Assembly: GCA_947594925.1 (NCBI GenBank)
Contig: CANQEJ010000003.1
Span: forward strand, 1 to 57,931
Source: an uncultured Bacilli bacterium
GTDB lineage: Bacteria; Bacillota_I; Bacilli_A; RF39; UBA660
Reading direction: 5' to 3'
Length of the DNA stretch: 57,931 bases
Of this stretch, positions 54,483-57,931 are shown piece after piece; position 1 is the first letter of the stretch, and each line of letters opens with the position of its first letter. The translations under genes and the position numbers were made by a program. A model generated the notes under the pieces. The model did not search any database, had not been told where the DNA came from, and saw only the letters and a program-made list of their open reading frames with translations.

Positions 54483-55535
54483 ATGAAGAAAAATTCATTA
54501 AAACGTAAGGTTATAAGTGTTGTTACAGCTATGGGATTAATGGCAGGTGCTGCTGCTCCAGCAGTTAATGCCGCTAATGCTACAATTAAAAATGGTTACA
54601 CTTACTTTACTGGTAAATCAAGTACATATACAGATAAAAATGGCAATAAAGTTTATAATGGAAAGGGTTATATCGTTACTAAAAATGGTCAAAAGTTATA
54701 TGAACAATATGACTACTTCTTTGATATAGATGGTAATGCTGTTATATTTACTAATGACTATGTTGATACTAATGATACTATCATTGGTGAACCTTGGTAT
54801 GATGATAATAGTAATGGACATTGGATAAGTAATGATGAATTTAATTATTTTCAAAATAATGTAAATACATCTATTCCTGGTTCTCATATCAACGTTGATA
54901 TTCAAGACCGTGCTTCCTTAGAACGTTACTTAGAAGCACATGCTGCTAATTGTAAAGAAGCAAACTGTGATGCTAGATATTATTTAAATTACTTTAAAAA
55001 TGATGGTTTAGCTAATGGATATTATCCAAATTATGACTATAGTAATAATTATACTCCAAACTATAATAACAATTATAATAATGGATATAATTATGGTCAA
55101 CAAGTTCAAGCTAATCCAACTAACGAAGGAACTTTATATACTTTAATTAAGTATAAACCTAGTGGTGAAGCTGTTTATGCTTATTCTGGTATTCAAGATG
55201 TTTCTATTTATGGTTTTAGTGGTTGGTCAGTAAATAGTATCTATAATGAAAATGACTATACATTAAATTCAGTATTTTATGAAGAAGCTAATACATTTGG
55301 AAATTATTATATTCTAGATGCAGATTATGTTGCTAATACTTGTGGACTATTTATTTGGAAAACTAATATAAATGGTGAAACAAAATATTGCATCTCTGCT
55401 AGTAGATATCCAAGTGCTTATAGTTCATTTGAATACAATAGTCTATTCTCAATTGTTAATGATTTAAAACCTAATACTCAATTACCAACTTGTGAATCAT
55501 TACAAGCAAATTATGCTAGAACACTAGTTAGATAA
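54483..55535 (+). CDS. Secreted protein with Sec signal peptide and an Asn/Tyr-rich low-complexity segment
   Basis: MKKNSLKRKVISVVTAMGLMAGAAAPAVNA-ANA. Possible cell-wall-binding-type repeats (GYTYFTG..., YFFDIDGNAV). NGYYPNYDYSNNYTPNYNNNYNNGYNYG. Confidence 0.6.
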   Translation: MKKNSLKRKVISVVTAMGLMAGAAAPAVNAANATIKNGYTYFTGKSSTYTDKNGNKVYNGKGYIVTKNGQKLYEQYDYFFDIDGNAVIFTNDYVDTNDTIIGEPWYDDNSNGHWISNDEFNYFQNNVNTSIPGSHINVDIQDRASLERYLEAHAANCKEANCDARYYLNYFKNDGLANGYYPNYDYSNNYTPNYNNNYNNGYNYGQQVQANPTNEGTLYTLIKYKPSGEAVYAYSGIQDVSIYGFSGWSVNSIYNENDYTLNSVFYEEANTFGNYYILDADYVANTCGLFIWKTNINGETKYCISASRYPSAYSSFEYNSLFSIVNDLKPNTQLPTCESLQANYARTLVR

Positions 55536-55536
55536 A

Positions 55537-55560
55537 AGGTAGACAATGTCTATCTTTTTT
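55537..55560 (+). terminator. Rho-independent terminator
   Basis: ggtagaca / tgtctatc followed by T6. Confidence 0.6.
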
Positions 55561-55579
55561 CATTATAAAAGGAGTTTTT

Positions 55580-55990
55580 ATGAAAATAAAATTAACGGAA
55601 ATTATTGATGCCTTAGAAGAGGTTAATGAGGGGGATTGTCTAGATGCTTATTATAATCCTTCTACTAAGCAAATATTTTATTCAAATATTGCCGAATATG
55701 AAGATTTAAATGAAGATGAATTGGATGATTTATTTTGTAGTTCAATTCCTTTACCAACTAAGTTTGAAATAAATGAATATAGGATGATGGAAGAATTTAT
55801 TGAAACAATAGAGGATGTAAAACTTTACAATCAATTACAAATTGCTATTAATGGTAAAGGAGCCTTTAGAAGATTTAAGGATACTTGTATTAATTTTGAA
55901 ATAATTGATGATTGGTATAAATTTAGAGATGAAAAATATAAAGAATTAGCTCTAAGTTGGTGCAAAGAATATAAAATAGATTGGAAATAA
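55580..55990 (+). CDS. UPF0158-like small acidic protein
   Basis: GKGAFRRFKD motif near the C-terminus, 136 aa. The family assignment is from memory of this motif. Confidence 0.5.
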   Translation: MKIKLTEIIDALEEVNEGDCLDAYYNPSTKQIFYSNIAEYEDLNEDELDDLFCSSIPLPTKFEINEYRMMEEFIETIEDVKLYNQLQIAINGKGAFRRFKDTCINFEIIDDWYKFRDEKYKELALSWCKEYKIDWK

Positions 55991-55995
55991 TAATT

Positions 55996-56718
55996 ATGAT
56001 AAAGGTTAAATTAACTAAAAATTATACAGGCTTTGAAATAAGTGGAACATATAATGATTTTAATGAGCTATATGATGCTCTTAGGACTTTTATAGAAGGA
56101 AAAGAAAATACTACGTTTATGCAAGAGGATATGGATAACTATATCTTAGGATTTTTATATGATTTAAGACATGCATATCAAGGTGATAGACATGTTTATA
56201 CTACTAGTAATGGTTTAACAGATGAGGTGAAAGAATTTTATGGTATTAAGAAATCTGTTCAAGAAAATGTTTATTTTAGTTTTGAATATTTATTAACTGA
56301 TTTATTTGTCGATGCTTTTTTATTTAAACGTTTAGTTCAGAAAAGAAATAGAAAAATTGAATTATTTGATATTCAATATGGCATTGTGTCTTCATTTTTT
56401 GGAAAAGTTTTGCAATCATTAAAAGAAATTATTTCCGAAGCCCAATTAGAAGAAGTACAGCAATTGTTAATAGATTATAATATTAATGACAAATCTTTTT
56501 ATCATCAATGGTATAGTTTAATTGCTTTTGAATATATAAAAATGTCTAAAACTCGTCATAAAAAAGAATTAATGTCTGTTTTAGAAGCTTTAGTTAATCC
56601 TTATCAAATGCCTGAGTATAAAAAGTTTGTAAAGGATATTAATCAATTTGCTAAAGAGCAGAATTGTTTAACTTCATTTGTTCAATTAGAGGATTATCCT
56701 GAAGAAATAAAGTGGTAA
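55996..56718 (+). CDS. Hypothetical protein, co-operonic with the UPF0158-like gene
   Basis: ORF 55981..56718; ATG 55996 lies 5 nt after the upstream stop. No motif recognised. Confidence 0.5.
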   Translation: MIKVKLTKNYTGFEISGTYNDFNELYDALRTFIEGKENTTFMQEDMDNYILGFLYDLRHAYQGDRHVYTTSNGLTDEVKEFYGIKKSVQENVYFSFEYLLTDLFVDAFLFKRLVQKRNRKIELFDIQYGIVSSFFGKVLQSLKEIISEAQLEEVQQLLIDYNINDKSFYHQWYSLIAFEYIKMSKTRHKKELMSVLEALVNPYQMPEYKKFVKDINQFAKEQNCLTSFVQLEDYPEEIKW

Positions 56719-56810
56719 TTTTTTCTTTAAAATTAGATTAAATGTAAAGTAATTTGTTAATTTGTTTTTTTTGAATAAATTTAGTAAAATACTAGAGAGG
56801 AGAAAATTTT

Positions 56811-57599
56811 ATGGCTATAAAAAATATATGGGCTAATTTTAAGAAGTATCAATTTTTATTGAAACAATTAGTTTCCCGCGATTTTAAAGTAAAGTATAAA
56901 AGAAGTGTCTTAGGTGTTTTATGGAGTTTATTAAATCCGGTATTACAAATGATTGTTATGGCAATAGTTTTTTCTAATGTCTTTAAATTTAGTATGGAAG
57001 GGGTTAATTATTTAGTTTATTTATTAACTGGACTTGTTATGTTTAACTACTTTAGTGAAGCTTCTAATTTAGCAATGTCTTCGGTAGTAGGTAATTTCTC
57101 ATTAATAAATAAAGTTTATATTCCTAAATATATTTTTCCTTTGTCTAAATGTTTATTTGTAGGAATTAACTTTTTACTGACTTTAATTCCTTTATATGTC
57201 GTTATTATTGCTACAGGTACGGGCGTATGTATTCAACATTTATTTTTACCTTTTGTATTTATTTGTTTATTTTTATTTACAGTAGGTATGGGTCTTATTT
57301 TATCAACGGTATCAGTATTTTTAAGAGATATGTTTTATATTTATGGCATAATTCTAATGATTTGGACTTATCTTACACCAATAATGTATGATATTAATAT
57401 GATAACAGCGGGATTTATTAAATTATTTAAATTAAATCCATTATATCAATTTATTAATTTTGCCCGAACTATTATCTTGTATCATCATACTCCAACTTTA
57501 TTTCAATTTGGAGCTTGTGCTTTTTGTGCAGTGGTTGTATTTATAATAGGTTTAGTAGTCTTTAAGAAAAATCAAGATAAGTTTATCTATTATGTTTAG
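56811..57599 (+). CDS. tagG: ABC-2 type polysaccharide/teichoic-acid export permease (TagG/Wzm-like)
   Basis: SRDFKVKYKRSVLGVLWSLLNP, six TM segments, SD AGAGGAG. Confidence 0.85.
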   Translation: MAIKNIWANFKKYQFLLKQLVSRDFKVKYKRSVLGVLWSLLNPVLQMIVMAIVFSNVFKFSMEGVNYLVYLLTGLVMFNYFSEASNLAMSSVVGNFSLINKVYIPKYIFPLSKCLFVGINFLLTLIPLYVVIIATGTGVCIQHLFLPFVFICLFLFTVGMGLILSTVSVFLRDMFYIYGIILMIWTYLTPIMYDINMITAGFIKLFKLNPLYQFINFARTIILYHHTPTLFQFGACAFCAVVVFIIGLVVFKKNQDKFIYYV

Positions 57600-57701
57600 A
57601 GGTGAAGGTTGAAAAAAATAAATAAATTTTTGACACACAAAAAAGTGTCTTGTCAATGAAGACATTAAAATAAACTGTTCTTTGAAATAGTAAACTGTTA
57701 T

Positions 57702-57931
57702 TAGGTATTCTGCAAAGTAATGTTGTAACCTAAATTAGTTAAGTAAGAAATCATTTCTTCTGGAGTATTAGAGATTTTATTATGAGATTTAAAATTGCGA
57801 TTAAGTAATTTTTCAAATCTATCATAGTCAAATACTTCACCAGTAAGTAAAATATGATAAATTGATGTAAGTAAAAGTCTAGCGATAGCAATAATAGCTT
57901 TCTTGTGACCACGACGTCTTTTTAAAGATTC
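57702..57931 (-). mobile_element. IS110-family transposase, C-terminal part (partial; continues past window end)
   Basis: Minus-strand translation ESLKRRRGHKKAIIAIARLLLTSIYHILLTGEVFDYDRF... matches the typical IS110/IS116/IS902 C-terminal helix (KKAI-A-ARKLL--IY--L). TAA stop at 57704-57702. Confidence 0.7.

Noticed and set aside
57619-57669. A 16-codon TTG-initiated ORF after tagG (MKKINKFLTHKKVSCQ), considered as the truncated 5' end of tagH.
   Set aside because: It has no resemblance to ABC ATPase N-termini and is too short to judge. It is mentioned only as context for the IS insertion.
1-57931. Alternative genetic code (TGA as Trp, as in Mollicutes relatives), CRISPR arrays, tRNA/rRNA genes, and prophage or integrase genes.
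   Set aside because: Conserved proteins (EF-G, EF-Tu, DnaB, MraY) are full length under the standard code with TGG Trp, and several genes end in TGA. I saw no regularly spaced direct repeats, no cloverleaf-like GC-rich segments and no integrase. The only mobile-element protein is the IS110 fragment.

Overview
AT-rich (roughly 30% G+C by eye) chromosome segment that uses the standard code: Trp is TGG and TGA ends genes. It is most likely from a low-GC, spore-forming Bacillota lineage (Erysipelotrichia/Clostridia-like), based on a GerQ homologue, a SpoVD/PBP2B-type PBP and a SigH-like sigma factor. About 63 protein genes lie overwhelmingly on the + strand. I saw no rRNA, tRNA or CRISPR array. 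Housekeeping blocks: clpC-like, secE-nusG-rplK-rplA-rplJ-rplL, rpsL-rpsG-fusA-tuf, ftsE-ftsX-M23 peptidase, class B PBP-mraY, tagO-like/radical SAM/O-antigen-ligase::TagA fusion, lgt-mrnC-rlmB-sigH-like, rpsF-ssb-rpsR, rplI-dnaB, yycJ-like-rlmH and ung. Accessory or unusual content: (1) At 1-5051 there is a minus-strand tandem array of at least four paralogous beta-helix-like surface-protein cassettes. Each starts with an identical 29-nt box and ends with a near-identical ~300-nt 3' block. None has a recognisable Shine-Dalgarno sequence, and one junction is replaced by a 1.3-kb cassette carrying an orphan HipA-like kinase. (2) An AMP-ligase / hybrid histidine kinase / Hpt-receiver operon. (3) A two-gene islet (ORF6N protein with an HKD-like C-terminus, plus an AAA/DUF4143-type ATPase) behind a promoter that overlaps a LexA-box-like site. 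(4) Five uncharacterised membrane-anchored or secreted proteins sit exactly at junctions of the ribosomal-protein/translation-factor superoperon. Two share an N-terminal module (nusG|rplK junction and after tuf). Three small ones occupy the rplL|rpsL gap where rpoB-rpoC normally sit. The post-tuf gene has foreign-looking codon usage and a G8 tract in its promoter spacer. (5) Sequence oddities in core genes: L11 carries a 55-aa acidic tail, and S12 has Ile in place of the conserved Pro of KDLPGVRY. (6) An IS110-family element lies at the right edge. All calls come from reading the sequence and translations. No database search was run.
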